A stretch of 61,793 nt of DNA, counting the filler, from Choristocarpus tenellus KU-1152 (taxonomy: Eukaryota > Protista > Phaeophyceae): assembly GCA_964200185.2 (NCBI GenBank). It is 5 parts of 5 records of this genome, joined end to end, with 100 filler letters (N's around TTAATTAATTAA, not from the genome) between each part and the next. Parts side by side here need not be neighbours in the genome. Positions count along the whole stretch, not along the records: positions 1 to 20,844 come from CAXNAD020000373.1; 4 more parts are not named here. One strand, 5' to 3'. Shown here in pieces: positions 1 through 13,100 of the stretch. Within the stretch, counting starts at the first letter, position 1. Every line of letters starts with the position of its first letter. The position numbers and the translations under genes are program-made. The notes beneath the pieces are model-generated. The model had not been told where the DNA came from and did not search any database. It saw only the letters and a program-made list of their open reading frames with translations.

Positions 1-17
1 CAATTTTGGGTCAAGCC

Positions 18-63
18 CATCCTCAATGAAAAGCTCCAACCTCAATTTTTGAAATCTGCTGTT
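18..63 (+). repeat. Dispersed repeat fragment; inverted copy at 61748-61793
   Basis: catcctcaatgaaaagctccaacctcaatttttgaaatctgctgtt matches the reverse complement of 61748-61793 at 44/46 nt. Confidence 0.85.
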
Positions 64-1156
64 CTATGCTGCACCACTGCCTTTCTTACCATCTATTGTT
101 TGTCCTACTTACCGTTATCATTGTTGCTATAGTGGTGGTGGTAAATCGTACTAAAATCATTCTAATTGTAGTACCAGTGGTGGCAATACTGAATGGACAT
201 ACTGAAAACAGCACAAATTATCACAAAACGTAGGGGGTAACACCAAAAAAAGCAAACAATAGGCATCATCATCATCACTATCACCTGAGTCACGTGGCTG
301 TGACATGCCAAAAAATGCCAAGAGATTGCGTACATGTCCACAATATTGCACGACATAAGGCCTCATTTCAACAAGCTCATCACCAATGGCAAACTATGAT
401 ATCAAAGGTATATATTAGTAACACCAGCACTCACATGCAGCAAAGCATGGCCAGGTAACTTTTGAAACGTTAGTTTCTATAGTTGATCAATAGAAATAGT
501 TCTGGATACTAAATAGGTTGCAACTATCTTGCATCATGGTGCTGCTCATTCAGAGCGTAACTATGCAGAAACTCAATCCCTGTCATGTACGGATACAGTG
601 CACGTACATTTCATGTAGTTGTTTTCCTTCTATTTCAACAATCATATCTTCTCAAACCACAAACACAAAAAGGCTTGAAGCAACCTCTTCGCTGAAGCAG
701 CAGTAGTTCAATGTGGAAAGTCTAACAATAACAGGGAACTGGACAAAAAATGTGTTACAGCAGGACATGAAACTCAATGGAGAGACTGCACCAAAGGAAA
801 AGAAACCAGGTACGAACTTGCTCGTGGTATATTCCAAAATGGAATATACTCCATGTCCATCCTGTCTAAAAGGTCTCACGTCATATTTTCAGCTAATTAT
901 ATAAACATTAGTGGCTTGTTTATCCATTCTACGACGACTCTGAATTGATCCAAGCACCTTTGGTCGAACTCAAACTTAAACAGTTACAACCGCGTGGAGG
1001 AATACGAAAAATTTGATGTACGTGACATCCCCTAAACCAAGGTCATGGGAGACCTCTGGAAGACAGTTCCAGGACGTAGGATTGAGATGAACCTAACCCA
1101 TGATGCCCTTTTCCTCAGCAGCAAGCATACGCACCACTCTTGCAACATACTTCAAC

Positions 1157-4100
1157 TTACGGAGAATCAAGACACTCATCATCTCCATCAGAGGGACCAT
1201 AAGCACCACTATGTATTCTACGTGGTTCTGTGGACTCCTCTGGCGGACTTAAACACCCAAAAGAAGATAAGATGATCACTAGTGAATTCAGCACCACTAT
1301 GGCACCCATGCAAATGTGAACCAAAATGATAATATAGGAGAACATCTGCTGACTAGCATCGTTTTCATCTGCCACGTCCACTTTGAGAATTAGAGCAACA
1401 AACATACTAGACAAAATCAAGAAGTTTCCTACCCTAGACAGCCACGTGTCCTTAAGTTTCCTGTAGGGGTTTAGTATTTCTGTGACCCACAGGAACCACA
1501 ATGCAAGGATGAACGTTATTGCTATTTGTGAAGCAGTGCCAGGATAGATAAATACAACTATCCCAGTAAGTACGACTCTGCGACCAAGATCCACCAACTC
1601 GAAGTAGAATCGGTCTGGCTTGTATTGCCGCCATAAATCCACAAAAGGCTGCAGGTCTGGATTTTCCTCTCTTGATCTCTTGCTCATCAAGGCTTCTCGG
1701 TTGGCAAAGAAGATATAGCCATACAGGAACGGAATACCCAGAGGGTAGACAAAGATCATAACTATGGCGTATACCTGGAAGACCTGGTGCCTAGCAGATG
1801 TACACTCCAGGCTGTAGTCAGCTCGTAAGTATGTCTTATCATCTTCAAGTTTCTCGCAGGCAAATGTTTGAAAAACCTTTGTTGAAGAAAATGAGAACAC
1901 AAAGAAGGATACTGCATATCCAACTGAGATGTGTCTCCGCCTTATTCTTATCACAGCTGCTTCTACAGCACCTTGATTTGTAATCATTGCAATCTTGTAG
2001 GTTATCCCCAGCATCAAGAGAATCGCAAGTGGTCCAAGTGTTGATATCAGCAGGCGATCGTAGAAGTTTGTGCTGACAGCACATCCAGCAGAGATTATTC
2101 GCATCCACCACGTAACATCAAAGTTGACAAAGTCGATTAATCTGAGAAATCTCTCATAGTGATCTGGGTACGAAGCGTTGGCAACCTCGGAAAACTGAAG
2201 GCCATAAAAGCAGTGGTTGAGAAGGTGAGGGTAATGGTTGGAAATAGCTTCAAATGGCATGTGACAACCAAAGTGTAAGAACAAAGCTGGGCAAGAACAA
2301 TACTAAAATTAGCTACCAACTTTATGGATGAGATGGATCCTGCAAGGTGGGCAAGAGTACATAGTAGATAAAATAAATATGAGAGTACAACAACACTTCA
2401 GAGCACTATAAATATGAGAGTACATAGTAGATAAGATAAAATTCAGAGTACCACTAACTGCCAACAGTCAACAAGGGTTTTGTCCAGAAATATGTACGCA
2501 ATCCCCACCAATCTTAACCAAAGGGTCGATACTTCCATTTCCCTTTTTCATATTGTTGCTCCTAGCATTGACATCTTAACCACATGGAGAGCTCGGTAAA
2601 TCCTGACCCTAGTCATTGACAGACCCTCCTGCCCACCGAGGGCGGATATTGGAGTGTTTGGGGTTGTGCTTCATATTCTGACCGCAAACTACAACCAACA
2701 AAAGTTGTATAGCGAAATATATATATCGTGCAATATCCCAGAACCTCGTCCCTCATATGTGATAGGCTAATAAGGTCAAATCCAATACCTCCATCAAAAT
2801 GAAAATTTGATGTGTGTTCCTCTTCCTACAGCACATTTTCTGCACATCGACAATGAACACCAAAATCTCTATACATTTTTCTCTCTTAAAGTTGTGTCCC
2901 TCATCTTTCTCTGCCGTTCACTTCAAGGACATTGTGCCAAATTCAACTCAATGTACTTCAGTTACGGTGGATAGGAGAATGAGGGTACAACCTGGTACCG
3001 ATGGACTCCTCCCGAACTATAACAGATGTGCAACTTCTGGACTTTCAGATAACACCATATACTTGAACAAGTCACATCTGTGATACATTACAAAGTGTAA
3101 GAGAGTATGACTACACTGTACATTCAGCCATGATAACACAAATCTTGTTCCTTGCAAGTCAAAATATTCTATCAACGCCCATCATCACCCCATGTATATT
3201 TGACCAAGATTCCTAACGCAAGAAAGCAAAATACATTTTTTGACCTCATAATAGTTGTGGTGCAGCATGGATGCAGTTATCTGTAGTGACAAGTCCTTTG
3301 GGGTTTTAAACTTTCCACTAATCTTGCATTGATAAGATGACCTCAGAATGAGAAGTGAGAAAGTACGTGCGCAGAGTGATGTGAAAGTCATGCTTCTGCA
3401 TGTCAAGTGCTGTTTCAGCAAAATCAGGCCAATCAAGCACCTCAAAATATTATATTGCCATAATGCAACAGCTCCTGTTAGAATGGCAAGAAGATCTACA
3501 CATAAGGGTTGGGAATGGAAATAACATCAAAATGAGGTTCGTTACAACAAATGAAGTGACCAGAAGAACGTGTCATATTCTATCGTTTTATATACATTCA
3601 TGTACAGCAAGAAGAACCAGTACAAATACGTAACTTGCCTGAGTAATAATTTGCCATGCGACCACCACAATTTTGAGACCTTGAAAAGATATCATCTCTT
3701 GAAACCGAGTAGAGAAGTCACCAGAAACCTTTCTCCACCTCCCACATGCAGTGACGAGATATATGGTGCCCACAACTATAACTGTAAGAATGAGTGCCAA
3801 GATAGAAACACCAATCCCAAGTGCCAATGATCTCCTGCTGTTGTCACACTCACTACAGGAGTATGACGGACCAGGAGCAAAGCCATCATCACAAACAGCG
3901 CAATCTGGAAATCCAGAGGAAGTGGAAAGTGGAGGTGAGCACGGACGGCACCAGGATATCTCAGCGGTTCTTGAGCGCTGAATTTCATTGGAGCTCAGCA
4001 ACGGATTATCCCGCACGAGACCATCCGAGGTAGCTAGAACGCTTTCAGGGGCAGTATTTTATTTGTAGGAGAGCTGCTCTATTTGAGAGCAATAAAGCTA

Positions 4101-7100
4101 TACCCATGCACACATGACACTCAAAATGTTACAAAAAGAGTTACATCTAGAGCAGGAAACAAAATGCCTTGAGGTTCACATTTGTTGGAAGTTACACCTG
4201 TGGGGGAAGAGGGCTCAACTTAGAGTGGATGCTATAACTACTGGGGTGTGAGGCTAGATCATTCCATAATTCAATTCTATCTCTCTTTAAAACATACACA
4301 ATAAAGTACTTGTCAAAGCAAAGCATGCTTCAAAAATCGAGCACACAAATTGGATCTAAACTCACATGCCCCTTTATAGCCCCCAGTGCAGATGGCAGCC
4401 TCAGCATTATTGTCACATGCTCCAAGTTGAAGACACTCATGTATCACACTCGTGGTGTTTGTTGCCCTCCAGTATCCTCTATCCAGCACAATTGTCTCGA
4501 TTGTATCACCGTATGCATTGCTACGTGTGTGCTCTGGTACAGGAGTACATTCAGGCCATCGGGTACCGTTTCTTGGGAAGCAGTCACTACACGCAGGGCA
4601 CTCGTGGCATACACTTTCATATGACCTGACCTGCAATGGGCATAGAAGGTCTCCTTGTCACTAGATTCCGCAGAACTAACCTCCTGCCAACAATTACTTA
4701 TGCTGCTGTAGAAAGCACACAATTATGGAGCGGTTTATTTGGTTCAGCTCTACTATAGCCATGTTCTGGTTACAATAGGTAGAATAAAGAACGGAATTAG
4801 ATTGCGGCATTTTGTTGTCAAGTGCAATGCAAGCTGTGATCCACCAAGACGTCACAGCAAGGTTATTCCTCGTACCTACAAAATACATGGGATTAGGGTT
4901 CAGATTGTGCTTATCTACTTCTTGACACAAAGGCACATACCTTTTCCGGAGTCACTTGGCTCCAGACCAGAAAAAATAGATACAGGTGTGGCGTTGTACA
5001 CTTAGGGAGGAATCCAAAGAATAATGCAAACATTTTTTCCGTACATACCAACTTCATGTCATCTTCCTCATTTCATTCAACTTAAGACATTTGAACCATT
5101 CCAATATGTGTAAGATGAAACAATCTTGCAACAATGAGTTTGAACCCATCCCAAAGTGAGGTACCCCCTCTGATTTTTAGTTATTATCCACTCCCTTAAC
5201 ACCGTTTATTTCTCCAGTCTAATTACCCTATATGCACGCAAAAAACCCGCGCATCTTAATATTCTTACATTTATGTAGGAGCAAAACCAATACCCCATAT
5301 ATATGAGTTATTAAAGGTGATCTCACATACTTCAAATCTTACCTGATTAGTAATAAGTGTCATATGGAAGCATAGTTCTAGAGTTCTGTAGGGTTAGAAA
5401 TTTTTTAATATTTCTCCAACGTTGGTACAACTCTCGTTTGTCCGCACCGATTTTACAATTTCCAGTACAATTGCCAGAAATTCAGCTTTGCAATGAAATT
5501 CCCATGCAGGTCTACAAGAAACACTGCATTGTTCATTCAACATCCACTCATATTGTCAGATATGGATTTGTACAACCAGGTCAGGGAGTATATAAACAAA
5601 TGACAATATGGCCCAATACCACCATTATTTTTCTGACATTTTTTTCAGACGACAGAGGGAGTGTTGCTGATGATAGATACAAATATCCACCTGTTCCTGT
5701 CTCGTGGTATCTGAGTCAAACCAACGGAGAGGTGGGCAAGGTTGGACGTAGATGATTCCTCTAAAAGGCGAAAGTAAGCCATCTTATACAACTGCAGAAA
5801 AACCCTTCACTCAATTGTGGTGTCACTTTGTGTGAAGAATGGGGATATCAATTTTATGGACACTAATGTGAACATTAAGCAATGAAATAGGGTGTATTGT
5901 ACAGGGTAAGAAATATGGCTTATAATGCAAAAGGGTCCAAAGCTACCCACCTCTCAATCGGTTTGACTCACCTACATACATGTGTCTAGCTCTTATACAG
6001 TCAAAATGCTGATGGGAATGCGCAAGGATAACCAATCGGAATCCCATTTCGAAATAAATTCATCCTTTTCAAAACGATTCTTAGAGCAGTTTTCATTATA
6101 GCCACTATGTCCCACTTGGACCAACAAGCACTAAACAACACTCAACATAAAACTGATTACCTGTGGTTGGATGTCCAGGTTATCCGAGCTCTCGACAAAT
6201 TTGATGTACATCCCTTGGTCACAATAGAGAGAGTTTCCAGTGAATGTGCTCAGCGTAACCCTCTTCAATGATGCGGCATCAGAGATAGCAGGACCCAAGG
6301 AGGCTATGTTATTCTCAAACATACAATGTTCTATGATTTCAACAACCCCTGCTTGTAGAATTGCCCCGCCGCTTCCACCTGGAGATTCATGCATGGTGCA
6401 ACCAAATGAGATTCCTTGTCGAGGGATTGGGTGCAACAACTGCCATTATTCCGCAGGAGTTACAAGAAACAATGCATCATAACAGGCGTATACTATTTGT
6501 CTAATGCCTTTACCAGACCATTATTGGTGTTGCAGAATTTCAAGATTTTATGCTTAGCTTAGACCTACTTAATCAAATTGCTATTGTTGAGCCACATAAT
6601 CCAAACGTAGAGGAGGAGTTTCCAGATTCAAATGCAACAGTATCTAGTCATTCTATCTTGACACGGGCTTTCTGTAACACAAGTCAACATTGACCGAGAG
6701 TCTCATTCACCTGCAGTATTGCCCGAGAATATGCACCCTCTGATTTCGCCAAATCCACCCAACGTAAGCAGACCTCCACCATCTAAGAAAGCAGTGTTGT
6801 CAATGAATTGGCAACCTGAATAGATTCCTGGCTTTATATCATTAGATCCATCATCGGTACTGAAAGCTCCAACAGAGTATGTCACCAAACCCCCTCCTGT
6901 TTCTGCACTGTTGGAGACGAAGCTGGTGTTTGCTATATTAAACACATTTGAATCTGTGCATGCCATTCCTCCGCCAGTGATTGCTGTGTTTTCATGGAAG
7001 GTTGCTTCTGACATGGTAAGATCCGAAGAGTATATCGCGACAGCCCCCCCGGTGGTATTCGCTCTGTTACCAGAAAATAATGTGTTGCCGCTCACCATCA

Positions 7101-10100
7101 GTTCTGAGTCTATTGCAAAAATGGCGCCACCATTCATACCTGCTTTGAACATAGAGTTATGAGAATATGTGCAGATTAACTGGAGAATCAGCATCCCTCA
7201 GGGGAAAACATGTGGGACATTGCATTGACCGCAGAGTAATAAGGAAGTAAAACTGGAAAACTAGACCATGTACAAGATCATTTGGTGCTAGCAGGTTATC
7301 ACATCTCTAACCCCAACAAAGAACAAATAGCTGTGACAAAACACTTCGACAAAAAAGTGCTATCAACTTACGACACCCGTACAAAGTGGCAAGGGAAGGT
7401 GTGAAATTGAAACTGTAGCAAAGTTTGGCAGTGTTGGTAACGATGATTTGACGACATAAAGAAATTAAATGAGAAATTTGTTTTCAATTAGCTGTTCAAA
7501 AATTTATCATTATGGTTCCCAAAGCATGTGTATACCACCATCCCAACAAGAACATGTGTTTCGATTATGACTATGTTGAACTATTTTCCTACCTCAAAAA
7601 GGGGAAGGAGAGCACAAACATATGTGTTTGATGATAAAGATAATCCTATTGCAAAGCGAACACGGAATGGTGCTTGACTAGAACGGACCACTACTTGAAT
7701 TGTTAGTCCTGGCCCTAACTATCATGGAATAGGAATATTCAATTTCTACTATCAAAACATTGCAACTTGCATGGTTCTGAGCCTCAGTCATGACTATGAT
7801 ACATCTCAGACATCTACCAGATATATTGAAAGTTGTATTGCTTATTGTCATGTAAAATCCTGGGCAAACACCCAATTCTTCCTCCTATGTTCTCTGCAGA
7901 ACAAGGAGGAAACAAATCGGATTACCTACAGCACTCGAGTTCAAGTTTGATGAGGTACATGCTACATTGTGATTATGGTGGAAACCTAGGGCAACAAGCT
8001 TACCAAATGCAGTCCCATTTTACATCGCTTTTAGAGTTATGAAAAATACATCCTGTGATCAAAATAATACGTTCATTGAGCAAAATCTACAAAACATGCA
8101 TGCATGATAATGCGGAACAATGACCTGGAGTGAAAACAAAACCAGTCAAAGATTGCATGCGCTTCCCAAGGACAAAAACAAAAGTATACTCTTGGCAGGT
8201 AACCTGGAAACCTTGCAAGAACAAGCAATATTTTCAATTTTAATACTTTCTAAGAGAATCCAACTATGTTTTTATGGCCTAGGAATGAGATTACTATAAC
8301 CCTATAATCACCTTTTATTCATTACTGTTTATACATATTACAAATGTGAATTATGTTTTCAATAGTTTTCTAGTGCTTTAAAGTTATCGCTGATTTTTCC
8401 CTTCAATATCATGGAGGCGATTGACTTTTCATAAGAAAGAAGTGACTCAAAGTATCTGGGGGGCGGGGCGGGGTCTACACCAGGTTATCTATTTGGTCCA
8501 TAGCCAGGAAAAGTGCAGTTACATTATCCATCCGACACATGCAACCAAATTACACAAGAATCGAGACGAAAAACTTGACCCCAAACGGACAGCAACCACT
8601 CCCCCCCCCCCAGATACTTTGTGTCGAGTACAAAGTAAACTATCTGTATCTTGGGATTGTGAAAGATTCAGTGTGATCGACTTCTTGTCATTCGAGGTAA
8701 TCAAGTGTAAAATAGTTCCCTCTTATTTGAAAGAGGTCGTTCTTGAGTAATCCAATGTGCATGAAATGCTACCGCCAATATTTCCCAGATAAAGAAATCA
8801 AATCCAAACTATAGCGTACAAAACATTTCTGACAAAATCGTATGACTGATTTCATTATGAGTCTTAGCTACGCACGTTGTGGCACATCCTCGCATATCAA
8901 ATGTTTAGGAGTAAACTCCTGCATTTGTTGATCCGAATCATATTTACCCTTTCATACTTCTGAGAGTGGTGTGGGATACGTATTCTGACAACACGATAGA
9001 ATATTGAGAAATCAACACTTGTGATTTCTATAAATTGTGGCGACAAGGGCAAATCATTGCGGATTGATTCAAATCTATGTGTTTGTTTGTACCTGGAAAC
9101 GAATTACTGTATTTTACAGCATTACTAGAAATTTAGATGTGTGCACAATTTCTTTTCAATCAAGCTTCAACAACTTAGATTTCCACACAATTATTCTTTC
9201 CAACAAAATATCAACAGAAGATTTGGACATGTAGGTACGACCAGATCACAATTGATTTGGACACAGTTCCTACGAATGATGTTTGCATGCAAATCAATCA
9301 GACTCTAAATATCGACAAATCAGAACATTTTGTACATCCTTCCTCACCATTTTGAGTTGTAACCTGTACATGATTTCTGGGTACACATGATCCGTACATC
9401 TTCACTGCTTCTTCAACCTTCACACACAAATATTGGTACATATACTTCTTGTTCTGATTTGTGACACATAAATGAGTGAATGAAGTGTGGAATGTTCCAT
9501 ATACTTAACTACAGGTCTTTTGACAATATTGGATCGATTTGAACACTGCGGTAAAGCCAATTGAAAAAAATGAGAAACTATTACATTACCACATGCTCCC
9601 TTCTTAAAGTTTCTATCCAAAATTGCGGCAAGAAGCAATGTGTGCCCTTCAAATTTTTGCAATACAACAGTATGATGAGAGAGTAGAGGTAAAGAAAAGA
9701 TCAAAAATAGTCTCATGTCCCTCTCTAAAAAGCGTGCACTGCTTTTCATAGATGTACATAGCTATTATTGCTAAAATTGTGTGAGATTTGGATAAGATTC
9801 CAAGGACCCCCTTCATCCCCTCTCCTCAAAAGCCATTATGAGAGAGTGCACAGAACAAGCATGTTTTGGAAGTTTAGGGATAGAAATGCAATGAGGAGTG
9901 ACTTCAGAAGGAATTGAAGGAATATATCCATTCTCAATCAAGGCATTGTTTGGACATCTTAACAGAATAGCTTGATGAAACAAAATGCTTCATTTGACCA
10001 TTTCCAACAAAGATATTTGAATCAACTCTCACCTGCAATGTTGCTGGAACAATGAAACTTGCCGCTCATTCCCACCTCAAAAATCACATCAAACAAGCCC

Positions 10101-13100
10101 AGACCTCCTCCATTGTCTGAAAAAAGTGTCGATTCAAGTATTCAAATCATCAGTTAAACTTCAGTTCTTGCCAACTCAATGTGTATCATGTGAGTCACGT
10201 TTGATCGTATAAGGATTGGAATATTGTGAAACGGTAGAAGAACGACTACCAAAGCAACAACGTGAAAGAGGGACCTGTCCAGTCTGACAATAGATTTGCA
10301 TGCTTACTAATTATTGCATAAAGTCTTGTAACGTTCGATAGTGGGCATGCAGAAAATGAACGTATTAGAGCTTATACATTAACGTTTCAATGAAAAGCCA
10401 CCCACTACTTAATAGGAATGAAACATCGGTAAAAGTAATAGTGCTTCGCAGAACAGGTGTAGACCCACAGCAATTAGGACTTCAGTAGCAAAGAGAAGGA
10501 TCACACAAATCAACGGACCACCATTGACAAGAAAATATTTTATTTTACCAACAACATACATCGTATCAAAATATCAAAAAGATGAGTGGTTTTCACCAGG
10601 CCAGGCAGTTTGCATCTTCAGTGCCAGTCGTTTGGCTGCGGACTGACCTGCAGACCAGTCACGATAAAGCATTTGATGGTCATGAATTCGGTTATGCTTA
10701 AACTCGATTGTATGTGGCCATGTTTAACCTTGGCAGGCACAGTAGAGTGGCGTTCAACAAGTGATCTGACTCGTTTACAATCGTCTATTGACATCCGAGT
10801 CAAATTATCTTAGAGGGTAGAGCCGCGTCCATTTGGGGACCAAAATCCAATGTTTCAATTTTGATGTAATTTTGGCTATCATGATTTGTCAGGAGATATC
10901 AATATCCTTGTTCTGGACACATCTTTTCATAACGTAGGCAATTTACCTACTCCGAAACATTTAGGAGTAGGTGACTGTCATTAAATATCCGTGGGAAACC
11001 AGGGCCCAAATGGACAAACAGGGAAAAACTCGCACCCTCTAAGATACTTTCAGGCTTGACGACTCGGTGACCCCAGTCATATCTTGACTGAACTTCTATC
11101 TTTGGCTGAACATGTTTCATTTTTGACAGTCAGGCTTGTCATGTCAAGGTCATATCTTCCTACTCACAATTCACCCTACATTGGACCATTTAGTTGTAGC
11201 TCTTCCAGAACCTCCGATTAGTAAACGGATGTTTGCATTGGATTCCTTGGAGTATTCTACTTTAAATAAATATGCCTTGCCTTTACTCAACACCATCAAT
11301 AAACCCATCCAACGCCACATTTTAGGCTACTCAGTCTAATTTGACCGCTCTTCCCAACCCACCCTACCGCTATCTTTTTTTGGTCCCTGACTGCTGTATG
11401 ACCACCATCCCCGATTCCAGCCAGGGCAATCTTTCCTAACAGCTGCTCAGTGTACTACCCCTAATACCACTCAGCGTTGACAGTGAGGTTGACTCCATAC
11501 TCCTCAACCTTCATGCTCCACTCTGTAGTTCTTCACTCCTCAATCACAATATAAACCCCAAAAATGAACCAAAGATCCAAGGGTTTTCCATTATTTCGGG
11601 ACCATTACTTAATTATTCCATTTTGTGATAGTGTAGAATATTCCAAGGAATCCAACACAAACTTCTGACCCCACCAATGAGCCTTTCCCATAACAAAAAA
11701 AACGCTATAGCTAAATTCGTGGCAAATAAGCTTATTCCTCAATATGCATGATATTTCATGACCTTAGTTTCAGCTAATGGTTTAAACGCTTTGTAAAACA
11801 AAAGCCGTTCATATTGATGCATATATGCAACATCGATCCTAACCCCTTTTCTCAGAACTGTACAACATCAGCACATAATTTAAATGTTCCAAGTATGTGG
11901 GGTAGCTTCCTCTAAGACATCAACCAGCACATAACTGGAGCAGTCTAAGGTATGTGAAAAATGCCACAACTCTTTTTTGCGGGCAATAACCACTGCTACT
12001 GGATTCTCCAGGAACTAGCAAAGTCGTGACCAGGTGCAATAGAGAACGCCATCCACCAAAAGAATGCTATTCATGCAGTCACTATCGTATACTGGCAATC
12101 TTTTCTCTTGTTCTAAACTCGTTCTCATGGTTAAAATGACTAAGGAATTCACGACCTGTCCTGATGCTGGCTCTTTAAAAACCCTTCCCATAGTACAATA
12201 TCCCCTCCTAGACGAACAGGGTCACTAGATACTGTTTCTCTCCACAAGAACCACAGTTTCAAGGGATGTGGAATATTACCTGCAATGTTATTTGTTAGGG
12301 ACAAGTTCCCAGTGATATTCAGTATGCCATCTAGGTAGATCCGAATGGCTCCTCCAAAATTGACTGTAAAAAAAGCATTAACAGGCAAGGTTTGTAATAT
12401 GTCAAATGAAAGATATCATTCAATGCATGAATGCAGTTTATATTCTGTGACCAGTGTTCTCTACAAAAAATTCTACGAAATCTGAAAAATATATACTCCA
12501 CACAATTTGAATTACATGTGTGATAATCACAAAACAGATTGTACTTATAGGTTTGCTCACCTGCTGAGAAAAAACAGTACCAAACCAACTAGAGGAAACT
12601 CAGCACACCATTGAAAACCTTAAAAAATATCAAAATTAAATATTTTTCGATCACCATGGTCCCACATTGAATCCATACCATTGGCTCAATGCAGTAGGAC
12701 CATGTACTTGGCGATCCCTCGTCTCTACTTTCTGTACACTTCTTCCAAAATTTCAATATATTGTAACCCTTAAGGGGTTGACAAGTAGACTTGAAATACA
12801 TAGCAGAGCTAAGCAAAAGATCAAGTAATCTTCTCCAGTTCATAGTACTGCACTCTTTCGCTACTACTGTTATTGTTAGGATATGCAAAGTTCAACCTGT
12901 AGCATTTTACAGCGAAAACCTTATATAAGATGCCTGTTGATTGTTGAGCATGCATGCCACGAACTTCAAGTGTTTACCAGTTTTTAAAAAAACAGTCCAT
13001 TTCACCTATAATAATCAAAAGCAAACAACATAGATGCAGCTCAATTCAACTTCTCACCCCTGAGCAAACAAATTAACATGTTGAACAAGAACTGGAACAA

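Noticed and set aside
12897-12962. Additional decayed module (GMHAQQSTGILYK resembles AMYAEQNSSIYSK)
   Set aside because: No GGA motif or correctly spaced acceptor; the similarity could be chance.
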